Below are positions 50,111 to 63,066 of a stretch of DNA of 64,000 bases, piece after piece. Source of the DNA: Negaprion brevirostris (taxonomy: Eukaryota); assembly GCA_030324005.1 (NCBI GenBank), contig JARDVH010000163.1:90701012-90765011 (forward strand). Reading direction: 5' to 3'. The position numbers and the translations under genes were made by a program. The stretch's first letter is position 1; every line of letters begins with the position of its first letter. The notes beneath the pieces are model-generated. The model was given only the letters and a program-made list of their open reading frames with translations. It was not told the origin of the DNA and made no database searches.

Positions 50111-51074
50111 TTACCCTGACCTTATTTGCTGGTGTACCCTTATGATTGTTTGCTTAGCCAGAGTGTGACAGGAAGAGACCATCATTGCTTACAATTCTAC
50201 CTGGCTCCACTGCCTTGTCCTTTCACTTTACCTTTCCAAATCTCCCTTCACATGAAGCCTCAACAATGCAGCCTCCTNNNNNNNNNNNNNNNNNNNNNNN
50301 NNNNNNNNNNNNNNNNNNNNNNNNNNNNNNNNNNNNNNNNNNNNNNNNNNNNNNNNNNNNNNNNNNNNNNNNNNNNNNNNNNNNNNNNNNNNNNNNNNNN
50401 NNNNNNNNNNNNNNNNNNNNNNNNNNNNNNNNNNNNNNNNNNNNNNNNNNNNNNNNNNNNNNNNNNNNNNNNNNNNNNNNNNNNNNNNNNNNNNNNNNNN
50501 NNNNNNNNNNNNNNNNNNNNNNNNNNNNNNNNNNNNNNNNNNNNNNNNNNNNNNNNNNNNNNNNNNNNNNNNNNNNNNNNNNNNNNNNNNNNNNNNNNNN
50601 NNNNNNNNTCCCTCTAATGTTGGTGAGCAGTATATTGAGCAGCAGTGATTCGGGAGCCCATACTGAAATTCAGGCCTGCTGGCTAGATACCAAACTCTGC
50701 AGAACTGAGGCCAATACTTTGATAGTGACTAGCACCTTCTGAACATAAAGATTTTTTTCAAAGAATAGAAGTATTATGTAAAAGATAAATTAGACTAAAG
50801 GGTATCTGTGCTATGCCATTTTCATCCCAGTCAGAAAGGGAAGCGTTGTACCATAAATTGGCAATAAAGGTCTTTGAAGAAAACAGTGTCATTAGCTTGA
50901 AAATGTAATGAACTGTGCTTTGGAGGGAAGGGAGCTGATGGATGTCGCAAAAGAGAAGGATAAATGGGTTTCAGAGGAGTCAAGCTGATGACTATTTGAG
51001 AAATCAGACTTAATTTGTGTCACTTAAAATTCTGTGTTCTTAGCTAATTTGTAGTTTTATGTATTCATGAATTC

Positions 51075-51970
51075 TACATACTAGATTCTACTCAGTTCTA
51101 TCACCTCTCATAACTCTCTACCATGTTTAAATGGTAAGTCTGCTTGTCTGACATCTCAACTGGATGAGCTGAAACTTCCTCCAAGTAACTATTAGAAGAT
51201 CAAAGCCATTACCTTCAGTCCCTGCCAGAAACTTTGTTCCTTATCCATTGACTCAGTCATTTCCCTTGGCAATTGTCTGATGCTGAACAGGACTGTCCAT
51301 AACTGTGGCGATCTATTTGGCGAAAAGATGAGATTCTGACCACATATCATCCACTCCGTCCCAAAACTGGCTATATTTACTTCTGTAAGATTGCCTGATT
51401 CCATCCTGCCTCAACTCATCTCTAAACAAACCCTCATCCATGCCTTTGTTACCACAAGAGTTGTCAATTCCAATGCTTTCTAACACTCGTTCAAATTTTG
51501 ACCACCTGTGTTCGATTCACACCAAGTTCAGTTTCCCCCATCATCTGTATGTTTGTTGAGCTACATTGGTTCCTGATCTGATGCCTCTCTTTTAAAGTTC
51601 TCATTTTGTTTTACAAACCCCTTTACCACCTCTCGCTCTCCCAACCTGGTCAAACTGTGCAGCTCTTAAAGATACCTGCACTCCTCCAATTCTGGCCTCC
51701 TGAGACCTCTGATTTTAATCAGGTCATGGTAATCAGCTGTGCCTTCAACTCTGAAATCAATTTGTTCTGGAATTCCCTCCTGAAAACCCCTCTACCTCTC
51801 CACCTCTTTCCCACTTCAAGATTCTTCTTAAAATCTACCTGTTCAACTAAGTTTTTGATCACCTATCCTAAGGTCACTGTCTCTGTCTTTGTATCAAATT
51901 TTACTTGGGAAACACTGCTGCGAAAAGCTTGTCACACTTATGGCATTATCTAAATACAAATTACTGTCAA
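51075..51970 (+). mobile_element. L2 LINE 3' portion
   Basis: tgcttgtctgacatc..tggatgagc..ttcctccaa, accctcatccatgcctttgttacc (TLIHAFVT), ctacattgg (LHW), ttctggaattccctcc and an L2 tail. Confidence 0.82.
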
Positions 51971-52954
51971 ACTGTCTGATCTACTCATTCTCAGGATAAC
52001 AATAAGGTTTGCATTTAACCAAATTCTAATTCTAAATTTTAATTAATTCTAATTTGAAGATTGCTTTGCATTTGGTCTTTTATTTGAGCTGATAGTAAAA
52101 GAAAAAGCCCAATGTCAGTGCACTCCATTTTACGAACCCTGGCCTCTCAGGCAATACTTCCTCCCTGCTAGCAGCTATTTTGAGTCTCATTGTTTACTCA
52201 CTATATTGCCGCAGGCCCCGTATCAAGAAAGCATATTTTGCTTTGGCAGTATCTGACGTCTTCTATTACGGCTGCCTGTACATACTGTGCAGAAATATTG
52301 TATGGCATCGTGCAGCCTACAGCTCTTAACACAGACAACGTGAATAAAATCAGAAAAAGCAAAATGGAAAGTTTCAAAAAAGTAGCTATTTTAATTACTT
52401 CCACGTTGAGATAAATTAAAATATCTCAATGACAAGTCAGTCAAAAAGCCTTGCTGTGAATTATTTAAAAATTGCTGTAAAATCAGCAATGCAAACAGCT
52501 CCCAGCATATCGAGAGAATCACTACAGGTTTTGATGGATTATGTTGGCTGTGTTCAAATAATTAATAGATCAAAAAATCTTTTCTTTGAATGCACTATTG
52601 GAGTTCTCCAGTGAGATTTATTGCATCAGCATATGTCTACATAGGATCATAAAATTTTATATCTATATTAATGAGAAGAGATATTACCACTACACTGAAA
52701 AATTGAGATCCAATTTTCTAGAATTTAAATGAATTGAAATGCTTATTCACAGTCATGTTATAGATTAATATTCATCTTGTAACATCATATGATTTTGATC
52801 AAGGTCATGTGCACTTCGTTGTAATAATCAAAATGTTACTGTTCAATTTTGCATCTGCTTTATTCTGTTGAACTGCATGACAATGACTTAATGTTATTAA
52901 CATATTTCTAAATACAGTATTGAGAGATCCTTGTGGTGAATCACTTTGTAGAAT

Positions 52955-53640
52955 TCAACAGCAGCGACAACTTGCATTTTGCAGAAAATCGTTAGAAGAC
53001 ACTTCATAAGAGTGAAAGCAAACAAAAATGTACATCTAGCCAATAAAAAATTTGATTGGAGGGGAGGCCAAAGCCTAGGATAAAGGTGGTGGGTTTTTTT
53101 TGAGCATTTTAGCAGTGAAGTGGCTTTGGAAAGGAATTACAAAAAATAGGACCTAGGCATGGCTGCTGCAAGTAGGGAAGAGGTGACATATATGAGAGGC
53201 CAGAGCCAGTAATATGGAGAGTGCTGGGATGGGTATCTCGTGGGACAGGATGACATTACAAAAATGGAGAGGGGTGAAACCTGATGAAATTAAAACACAA
53301 GGTTGAGAATCTAACTTGGAGCTCTTGGGTGAGTGAAGCCAATGCAGGTTCGTGATTGCAGAGGTGTTGGGTAAGTAAACCTCAGCATGTGATGGGATGC
53401 AGAAAGCAAAGGTTTAGGTGAGCTTGCATTATTCGAAGGTGAAATAAGAGAGGCCAGTCAGTTTTGAAATAATTGTGTCTGGATGTGGGATAAGGTATAC
53501 GTGAGATTTTTAGCATCTGTTGGGCTTTGGCGGGAACACAGATTTAGTATTTCTGTTAAAGGTGAAATGAAATCTTTCTGACTGAGAGGAAACTCAGCTA
53601 ATGGTAAAACAGAATGCTAAGGTTATGGACTATCTGGATA
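52955..53640 (-). mobile_element. L2 LINE 3' portion
   Basis: Antisense tail caacagcagcgacaacttgcattt..ggccaaagcctaggataaagg..ggaaaggaattac. Confidence 0.65.
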
Positions 53641-54489
53641 AACTTTGGAGAATTTATACACACTTTTTAATAAGACTGTTGATGCACAAATTCTTCAGTA
53701 GGCTCCAATACTATAGTCATGATTAAAGCATTTATTTATTAAGAATTTATTCCATTTAGATTAATAATTAGAATACTGTTGGAAAAAATGTCTCTATCAT
53801 ACTTTGTTAAAAAAAATTGTTCAGACTAATCAGACTATTACATGCAGATTAATTTGAGAAAAATTTGAAGAATGTACTAAACTGAACAATTGTGTTTAAA
53901 ATGTGAGTTATTTTGTTACCATGATATAAGTAATCATTGTCTCCAGCTCAGAAGGAACTACATAAATTAGTTCTATGTATCTATTCACTTATCTGTTCAC
54001 TGTGATGTTTATTTATTTATAATAGCACATGAGCTGAGCAGTTATGGACAGTGTCATTTTCCAGGGTTTGCCATCAACTTCTGCGTGAATAAGTTTATTG
54101 TCTTTTAACACATACTCAAGAGCACAGCAGTGGTAAATGGCACATCAGTGGCTCTGCAGGCTCATACATGAAACCTGGTTGCTTAAATCAGGTGAAGGAA
54201 ATTGGTTGCTGCCACAAAACTATATTTTGACAACAATGTCTTTGGGAGTGGAGGAAAATGAAAATACTTCAAGACAATGTCACATATAGATATAATGCGG
54301 TGACGGAAGAGTTTCTTGATGATCAAATTCAGGAAACAGATGGATCAGTAAAACTCTTNNNNNNNNNNNNNNNNNNNNNNNNNNNNNNNNNNNNNNNNNN
54401 NNNNNNNNNNNNNNNNNNNNNNNNNNNNNNNNNNNNNNNNNNNNNNNNNNNNNNNNNNTATCTTTGCATGACTGAAGAGTCAAGAGTTT

Positions 54490-55635
54490 TTTCTTTCATG
54501 GATTGGGGGTGTCACTGACTAGGCCAGCAGTTATTGCTCATCCCTAATTGCCCTTGAAAAGGTGGGGTATGTCACTTTCTTGAACAGCTGCAGCCCATGC
54601 AGTGTAGGTATATCCACATAGTATCCCTAGAGTTCAGAAAGAAGCCATCCAGCCCATCGGGTCTGCACTGACTCTCCAAAAGAGCCCACGCCATCTCCTT
54701 GGCCCTGTGCCTGTAATCCCACACATTTACCATGGCTAACTTCCAGAATTCTGACCCAGTGATGGTAAAGGAGTGGCAAAATTGTTCCAAGTCAGAATGG
54801 TGTGTGGTTTAGAGGGCAACTTTCAGTTGTTGGTGTTCCTGTCACCTGTTAGCCTTGTCCGTTTAGGTGGTAGAGGTCACAGGTTTAGAACGTGCTGTGG
54901 AAGAAGCCTTAGTGAGTTACTGCAATGAATCTCGAAGGTAGCTTACAATACTGTCACTGTGTGCCAGTGGTGAAAGGAGTGAATGTTGAAGGTGGTGGGT
55001 GGGGGCAAGTCAAGCAGGCTGCTTCTCTTCTGGATGATGTTTAATTGGTTGAGTATTGTTACAGCTGTATTCATTCAGGCAAGTCGAGAATTTTTCATCA
55101 CACTCTTGACTTGTGTCTTGTAGATGGTGGATAGACTTTGGAGAGTCAGGAGAAGAGTCAATTGCTGCAGAATTCCCAGTCTCTGGCCACCTCTTGTAGC
55201 CACAATATTTATATGGCTTGTCCAGTTCAATATCCAGTCAATGATAATACCCAGCACGTTGATAGTGGGGGATTTGGTGATGGTAAAGCCATTAAATGGC
55301 AAGGATGGATAATGGATTATCTCTTGCTGGAGATGGTTATTGCCTGACGCTTGTGTGGCCTGAGTATTACAGGCCAATTATCAGCCCAAACCTGTCTTGG
55401 CCTTACTAGAAAGGACATGGACTGCTTCAGAATCTGGGGAGTTTGTGAATGGTGATGAAGAGATGTAACTATCAACAAGCTTCTGATCTCATGAAGGAGG
55501 AAAGGTCATTATTATAGAAGATGGTTGAGCCTAGAACACTACCATGTGGAACTCCTGCAGCAATATCCTGAAATTGAGATGAATAATCTCCAACAATCAC
55601 AATCATCTTGTTTTGAACTGGGCATGTCTCTAAAT
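54490..55635 (-). mobile_element. Zenon-like LINE, RT C-terminus and 3' UTR; HE1 tail fragment inserted at ~54628-54740
   Basis: SPTINVLGIIIDWILNWTSHINIVATRGGQRLGIL..SLSTIYKTQVKSVM; UTR ctaggccagcagttattgctcatccctaattgcccttg. Confidence 0.85.
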
Positions 55636-56306
55636 ATTAATCCAGGCAATCTGTTAAATGAGATAGCCTTTCTGCATAAACCTGAAAAATGAATATTTTT
55701 GTTGTTCAACTTTCTGTGGGGGCTATTAAGACTAAGCCAGACCTTGATTTTGCCCCAGGAAAACTAACAGAAGCCATTGTTGGATAGGAATGAGATATGG
55801 GAATTCTGGGTGTTATTTTGCGCCCCTGAACAAATAACTCTGAGGACCAATGCAGCCTCTCACCATCAGCCCATATAACAGGAGCCAACTCCAGATAACA
55901 TGGGGTATAATTGCAACTTACTGCTTCTGTATTTTTCAAACCACCTCATTTATGCACAATTCTTTTGGGATCCCTGATTTAACTTGGTGAGTGCTCATGC
56001 ATTTTTAAAGGCTGAACACATAACATAGTGTGAACACATAACATTTGTATCCACAGTTTATGCACTGATGCATTATTTAGAGCAGAATGCCATATCCCCT
56101 GTGGTGTTGATGAGCCAGAGGATATCTAAAGTGGGACAGGTAACACACAGTGTGTATTATAATGCAAGTCTTCTAATATATCACAGATGTATGGTGTGTC
56201 TTTCAAATATTCTTGAAATCCTTTTTAGCATGTTTTCAATTTTAAAAAAAGTTGATTTCAATGTAATGTAATTTTATGTGTGGCATTCTCTTTCATTCTT
56301 GTGCAG

Positions 56307-56402
56307 ATCTTGAAAACTTCAAAGGAAAATCAAGAAATAATGTGTCTGTCCGAGAGGGACAAGGAGTTGTGTTGCTTTGTGGCCCTCCACCACATTCGAC
56401 AG
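56307..56402 (+). CDS. Internal coding exon of a contactin gene (CNTN3/4/5/6 group, closest to CNTN3 by recall), start of Ig domain 2
   Basis: A polypyrimidine tract and acceptor (ttctctttcattcttgtgcag|) precede a 96-nt phase 1-1 exon ending at donor ACAG|gtattc. It translates (Y)[31 protein letters not shown], matching the contactin motif [27 protein letters not shown]. The paralog cannot be fixed from 32 aa. Confidence 0.93.
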
Positions 56403-59400
56403 GTATTCATTATTATATTTCACCTGCTGACATCTTGTTTTGGGGAATTTAACCTAATGTGCCTGGTATTCCAATATTGTTTGGTGCAAAAATAGTTTGG
56501 TTCTGGGATTTGGGGACTGGAATTTGGGGTATAAGTCAGACACTTCAGGCTTATACCCATTTGAAAATACCTGGGGTACAGAGTACAAATAATGGTGTAA
56601 TGAGGACACTGTGACCTTCCCAGCAGTTCAAGTTTTATGCCATAGATGCACAGGATTTAATTTCAATTTGTAGAATGGGTATCATTTTGACAGTTAAATT
56701 AGAAAGTGGTTGAGTTCACAAGCTTTGAATGTCTGCAATTTTGGTCTGAATAACCAGAATGGAGTGGTTGGAGAAATAAAAATCTCATCCATGCAACTGA
56801 ATGGGAATTATGCAACCTGTGTTTGTGCAGTTCAGTTAGAGATCAGGTTTGACTCTGATGTTTTCATAATTAAGCCCCCACTAGCAGGTTCCCATTGGTG
56901 TAAAAGGCATTCCCATATATCAATGGCACATAAGCAAGGAGAAGAGGAAATGACAAAGACCTTGAAGATAAAGGTTCCCTGAAGGTTGACTAAATTAGGA
57001 GAACACCTTTCTAGCCAAGCCGAGGTCCTTACTCATGTATATGTCAGGACATGTTGTTTGTGTCCTCTGTTGGTAATGAAGTCCAAGTTATCTTTCTAAA
57101 TCATTCCACTCCTTCAATGATATTTCAGAAGAAGCCTGCTTAAGAAGGCAAAAAATGTAAGGAAACATAGAACTGTGTTCCATTACCATCATACCGTCCC
57201 GAAGGTGCAAAGAACAGCCTTCTTTCACAATGCTAGACTTTATATCTAATGTGGTTTTATTGTGCACATGTATATTTTTGCTGTGCTTCTACCGTGTCTA
57301 CTTCTGGTGCCTGTGTGCTGCTATTAAAGCTATGATAGGCTGTGGTGATATTGGCCAGGAATGTTGGTAGTGCTTTGCTGCACTGTGATACCATGTATCA
57401 CAACCCTCTGCTGAGTGAGGTGAGCTCTCCATGAGTTCAGGAAAGACACCTCAGTAGATTCCATCATTGCTGCTATCTGCAGACAACTTGGTCCTGAATT
57501 CTGACATCCATGTGAAGCCCATCTGGAAAGTTCACATCAGGTGTCTTGAAGAGAGGGAAATGTATCACAAAGTTTGGCTTTGTTGGGTCCTGGAGAGAAC
57601 GTAGAGCTCATGTTACCAGTTAGATCAGAAAAACCCTGTGGGATGCCAATCTGAAGCTCTTAGAGGCTACCTTCCATCATTCTCTCTATAACTTGAGAGT
57701 CATTGGTCAAAACATCTTTTGCGTGTTCTAACCAATCTGGAAACTTATCTATCAGGATAGCTGCATGTGAATGTTCCTGGTCTTGCCAACTACTCCAAGT
57801 AGTACAGCTTTATACCAATTCCTCCTTTGATATTTACATGGTGATTGGCATTGGACTTAACTTTGGGCCCTGCCTTCTGTCTCAAGTGTTCTGGGGCAGT
57901 CCTTAGTTTCCTATCATACTGTAATACTTCAGCAGCATCTTTTTAGAGCTTTATCCCAGAGCTCTGAGTTCACAGTCACTGGAGTCCAGACCTGCTTTCT
58001 GCAGGGCATCTGTTGCCCATTGTCAGATACATGTTTGACTCTGTTGCCACTCTGATGGTGATGAATGATGAAGACTGTATTACAGTAACAAACAGCTAGG
58101 AAAGGCAAGCAAATACTTTATCTTGGCTGCACTATTTCCATCATTAAACTTCCTGTGTCATTGCAAAGGATTTGAGATTATGGTACTAACTAATTTTAAT
58201 GGGATTCTTGCCCTGGAACTCAAACAAACCAACTCTCCTGCTCAATTCCCCAGTGGAGATTTGCAATGCATTTCTTGGTTTTGGTTACCTTCCCAATCAT
58301 CCAAGTTGTCATCTTGCTGGCAGACCAGGTCTTCAAATCTTCTGCAGATATCTTTGAGACACATTTTCTCTTCTTACCAACTTTTTTCTTACCTTATCAC
58401 CGTCCTTGAATCCCCTCCTCCACCTCACTCTATATGTCCCCCTCCCTCACTTCCCTTCTGCCCGGTACTTTTTGAGTGCCCTCCCTTTTACCCATTTATG
58501 ATTTGCAGAATAATCCCCATAAAATCATAATGTTGTGAGTCTCACCTAGATACCACAGACCTGAAACGTTGCAGGTTACAGCTGCACATTTATTTGTGTT
58601 TGGTTGTCTGTGAAGTTTATGTGTTAGAAAGTGAGGGTGACCAAAGTCCTACTCTGTCGCTGTGATCGCACCATCAGAATTTCAGACTGATGATTCTCTG
58701 CATCAACACAGCAGCATTCCATTGGTGTAACAAAATTATCCAATTGCTGCAACATAAAGCTGAAGGTCTAACTCTTTTAAAAAAAAATCATTCTCATCAA
58801 TATGAAACATGCAGCAGTAATTAATTTAATGAGAGCTTGGTCTGTGCACTTCAGTGCTTGCTTTCATCACTAGTTCCTCTTGACAAATCAAAGTTCAGGG
58901 GCAAATAATGGGAATCAGAAATATAACAGAACCAACTTGGTCCTAAAATTGACCTCTGCTGTGAAGTTTTAACGTCTTCCAAGACTAAGAATAAATATTA
59001 TTTATATATGCATAGAAATATATGCAAATAAATTGGAGCAACTGTAAGATGCTACAGCATTAAGTTCTAAATAAAATGTCTAAAAATAACTTTTACTTAG
59101 AATTCTGAAGAGAAAGAGGCATAGTGTGAAACCTCATTTATATTTGATAAGCCCTGTTAATAAAACAATTCATTCCGAGAGAATTTTTCTTGTGCGCTCT
59201 TGCTCAACGAAATCAATTGTATATATTACGTGGAAAGAATGGCATCTGGTAATTAGCTTCCAAGTGCTTTTCATTAACATTTTGTTTCTTTTGAACCTTA
59301 CATTTCTTTTTAATTTCAGCATTATTTCAAAATTATCATTAACATTTGTATAAGTTAGGTTTTTGAAGGAATTAATTACTGAATTACTTAATACCTTTCC

Positions 59401-59474
59401 ATTGTGAAGTAGTTAGACTCTGTTCTGGTACATTTTTTTTCCTAAAGGTTTATTTCCAGAGTCTCGTGAATACC

Positions 59475-59772
59475 ATGATGTGGCAGACTGGTTAGCATTG
59501 CCACCTCACAGCTCCAGGGATCTGGATTCAATGCCTGCTTTGGGTCACTGTGTGGAGTTTGCACATTCTACCCATGTCTGCGTTGGTTCCTCCAGTTGCT
59601 CCAATTTCCTCCCACAGTCCAAATCTGCACAGATTAAGGGGATTGGCCCTTAATGTCCCAGGATGTGTAGGAGGGATTAGTGGGGTAAATACATGGGGTT
59701 ACGGGGATAGGACCAAGTGGGATTGTGCAGATTCGATGGGCTGAATGGCCTCCTTCATACAGATTCTATGAT
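59475..59772 (+). mobile_element. HE1/V-type SINE, tail A
   Basis: Head, V-domain and tail gatgggctgaatggcctcctt..gattctatga. Confidence 0.85.
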
Positions 59773-60706
59773 TTTTATGGTCAAATATTTCAGGTTGGAA
59801 TAATGGTTAAGTACCTTCACTTTATGCTGACTTAACGGGGACAGTCTTCATTTCTGAATATGGATCTGATGCTATAAATCAGTGAGCAGCTTAGTAATTG
59901 TCAAATGTTGCAGTGTACATAGTAGATAATGAATTACAAAATAAATGACAGCTTCAAATCACTGTATCAAGGCATGGAATGCAGTGTATTTCAAAGTGCA
60001 CATTCATATATCTGATGTTAGATCTGCAGCTTCAAAATGTAAAATATCAGGTGTGGAATTTAGTGGACATGGTAGGGTTGGGGATGCGAGGCTGTCGGAT
60101 GGCTAAGAGCTACTGGCAAATCAGAAACTGGCACATCTCTAGTGCCAGCAGCGCTTCAGAGAGAGGTGATCACTGCTAATCCTGCAGTGTGCCTATCCCA
60201 GGAATCATCACGAGAGCCCCAGGTGAGTCAAGTGGGTTCACCAGGGCCAGATGAAGACCACAGTGAGAGAATAAATGGAAAAGGTTGNNNNNNNNNNNNN
60301 NNNNNNNNNNNNNNNNNNNNNNNNNNNNNNNNNNNNNNNNNNNNNNNNNNNNNNNNNNNNNNNNNNNNNNNNNNNNNNNNNNNNNNNNNNNNNNNNNNNN
60401 NNNNNNNNNNNNNNNNNNNNNNNNNNNNNNNNNNNNNNNNNNNNNNNNNNNNNNNNNNNNNNNNNNNNNNNNNNNNNNNNNNNNNNNNNNNNNNNNNNNN
60501 NNNNNNNNNNNNNNNNNNNNNNNNNNNNNNNNNNNNNNNNNNNNNNNNNNNNNNNNNNNNNNNNNNNNNNNNNNNNNNNNNNNNNNNNNNNNNNNNNNNN
60601 NNNNNNNNNNNNNNNNNNNNNNNNNNNNNNNNNNNNNNNNNNNNNNNNNNNNNNNNNNNNNNNNNNNNNNNNNNNNNNNNNNNNNNNNNNNNNNNAGGGG
60701 TCAATG

Positions 60707-61080
60707 CAATGGCCAAATTTTAACTAAAGCGTAACTTGTAATGCAAGTGCTTCGCCATTCATAAGACCATAAATTTACAAAACTGAGTTCCATTCTTTAA
60801 CTCACTTGAGAGCCTTTTTCGGCCTACATGACTGAGCTTTTCTGGTGAAGGCCCACATAGTGTGGCCCCCGCCCGCCCCTGGTTAAATACCAGTGGTAGC
60901 AGGATCAACTCCTTAAGTGGCCACATTCGCACCTCAACTGGCTTCCAAACCACCTTTTGAGCCTTTCCACTGCAGACTAATTTGGAAGGAGGTGGGAAGG
61001 CAACAAGATTTCCTTTTTGCCCAATCACACCACAACTCCCTGCATCCAAACCCATCTCTGGGCTGCGTAAAATTCTGTCT
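60707..61080. mobile_element. Harbinger-type MITE arm
   Basis: GC-rich arm ending gtaaaattctgtct (TIR-like) next to a gap. Confidence 0.45.
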
Positions 61081-61499
61081 CAAATCTCTCATGTAGAGAT
61101 GGATCTTTCATACTTACATCGATATGATAGACTGCAAAGGGACTAGTCTTGAAAACAATGTTGCTCAGTGTGCTCTAAATCAATTAAAACATGTTCACAA
61201 ATACGTATTTAATTTTTTATGATTTAATTTTCAATTTTAATTACCTGTAGGCTATGTTGAGTGGGAGTAAAATTTGGTGAACACGGGGTATGCCAATATT
61301 CCCAGAAATTGCACCAATGAGGGTTATTTCATTATTTGGAAATCTACCAGCCTCAGTGTCAGTTTCTGACTGAGACTTGAGATCAAAATATGAGGTTCCC
61401 AAACAGAGCTGAGGGAAAAAAAATGCATGTGATATTTCTGTCTAAGAAGATGCTTTAATTCTGTTTTATATATTCAGAACAAATGCAAAGCAATGCTTT

Positions 61500-61783
61500 A
61501 AAGTTTATTTATCAGTGTCATAGGTAGGCTAACATTAACACGGCAATGAGGTTACTGTGAAAACCCCCTAGTTGCCGCACGCTGGTGTCTGTTCGAGTAC
61601 ACTAAGGGAGAATTTAACATGGTCAATGCACCTAACCAGCACACGTTTGGGACTGAGGGAGGAAACCAGAGGACATGGTAAGAACGTGCAGACTCCACAC
61701 AGACAGTGACCGAGGTTGGAATTGAACCCAGGTCCCTGGCACTGTGAGGCAGCAGTACTAAGCATTGTGCCACCGTGCCACCC
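61500..61783 (-). mobile_element. HE1/V-type SINE, tail B
   Basis: aaagtttatttat..acattaacacggcaatgaggttactgtgaaaaccccta..gcactgtgaggcagcagt. Confidence 0.88.
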
Positions 61784-62399
61784 CAGTGCTGTGACTTTGT
61801 AATGAAGAATTATATTGATTTATAATGGAAGACCGAAATATATATTAATTATACATTGGCATTTTAAGCTATGCACTCATTGATTTTATAGTTTGATCAT
61901 TCCTCAGCAAAGTCACAAACAAAACCAGCGGAGTTCTTGAGCATCTTTGGTATGAAGATGCCACAGGGCTTTTTAAGAGGCCAGTTTCGGCAACAACAAA
62001 ACATCTATTGTTTGTACATGTAATGTGTGTGACTATAAATATTACCCTCCCTCTTTCGGTATGCAACACTGTTCATTCCATGGGACATCTTCGTCTCCTC
62101 CTCCTCCATTCCCCCCACCCCCGACCCCTCCCTCACTCCGGTGAATTGAGTATGCTCGTCACGGGGGGAGGGGCCAATCACAAAATGATGACTGGAAGTT
62201 GCAGATGAAATAAAATGCAAATTTTGCTGAAAACACACAATGTTTTCTGAATTATATGTGACAACTAAGCTGTAATAAATGTTTCAGCTGTTGAATCCGT
62301 GAGTCGGTCATGAGGTATGTCACCTTCCAGTTTATATTTTGCAGAACTTTTTCGGAATATATACTAAATTTATAAAATTTATAGAAGTATGTTATATGG

Positions 62400-63066
62400 C
62401 CATTCAACCTTGACTACATTAAGTGAAAAGCAAGTCAGTTTATTTCAGTATTTTGTGTTACTCACTATATCTACAATTACAGTTGTCATTTGCATTATTC
62501 ATTTCATGTTAAACATACAGCCCTCAGGCTTTTGCATATCTCCAGCCATTCAGAATACTTTGGCAGGAGGGCCTGAGCCAGTGTCCTTTCCTATTATGCC
62601 TTTGTGGCAGCCTTTCTAACATTTAATGCATCCTTTTGGATGTATTTGGGCAGCACAGTGGTAAGCACTGCTGAATCACAGCGTTTATCACAGGACATGA
62701 GTTTGATTCCCACTTTGGGTCACTGTCTGTGCAGAATTTGCACTTTCTCCCTGTGTCTGCCTGGATTTCTTCCGGGTTCTCTGGTTTCCTGCCACAGTGC
62801 AAAAGATGTGTTGGTTAGGTGCATTGGCTGTGCGAAATTCTCCCTCCGTATACACAAGCGCCAAAGTGTGGCGACCAGGGGATTTTCACTGTAACTTCAT
62901 TGCAGAGTTAATGTAAGCATACGAGTGATACCAGTAAATTAATTAAACTAATCTAGTTCTGGACCTTGGAACGTGCCAGGCTGAACATTTGGTCATCAAC
63001 AGGTCTTTGCACTGGAAGATCAACAGGTTTTGAGCAGGCCAAAGAGTGTCTTTCACCGAGTTGATG
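62400..63066 (-). mobile_element. Tx1/L1-clade LINE 3' end, split by a SINE
   Basis: Reverse complement INSVKDTLWPAQNLLIFQCKDL..LARSKVQN (63066-62953) resumes YIQKDALNVRKAATKA (from ~62647), followed by 3' UTR. Confidence 0.72.
62648..62950 (+). mobile_element. HE1/V-type SINE, tail B
   Basis: Head and V-domain; aaattctccctccgtatacacaagcgccaaagtgtggcgaccaggggattttcactgtaacttcattgcag. Confidence 0.87.

Noticed and set aside
56280-56495. ORF-track peptide [18 protein letters not shown]...
   Set aside because: Wrong frame; the contactin peptide lies in another frame bounded by splice sites.
58340-58575. Possible further Penelope pLTR/hammerhead remnant (cacagacctgaaacgtt after a pyrimidine tract)
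   Set aside because: No CUGANGA box is visible and the similarity is too short.
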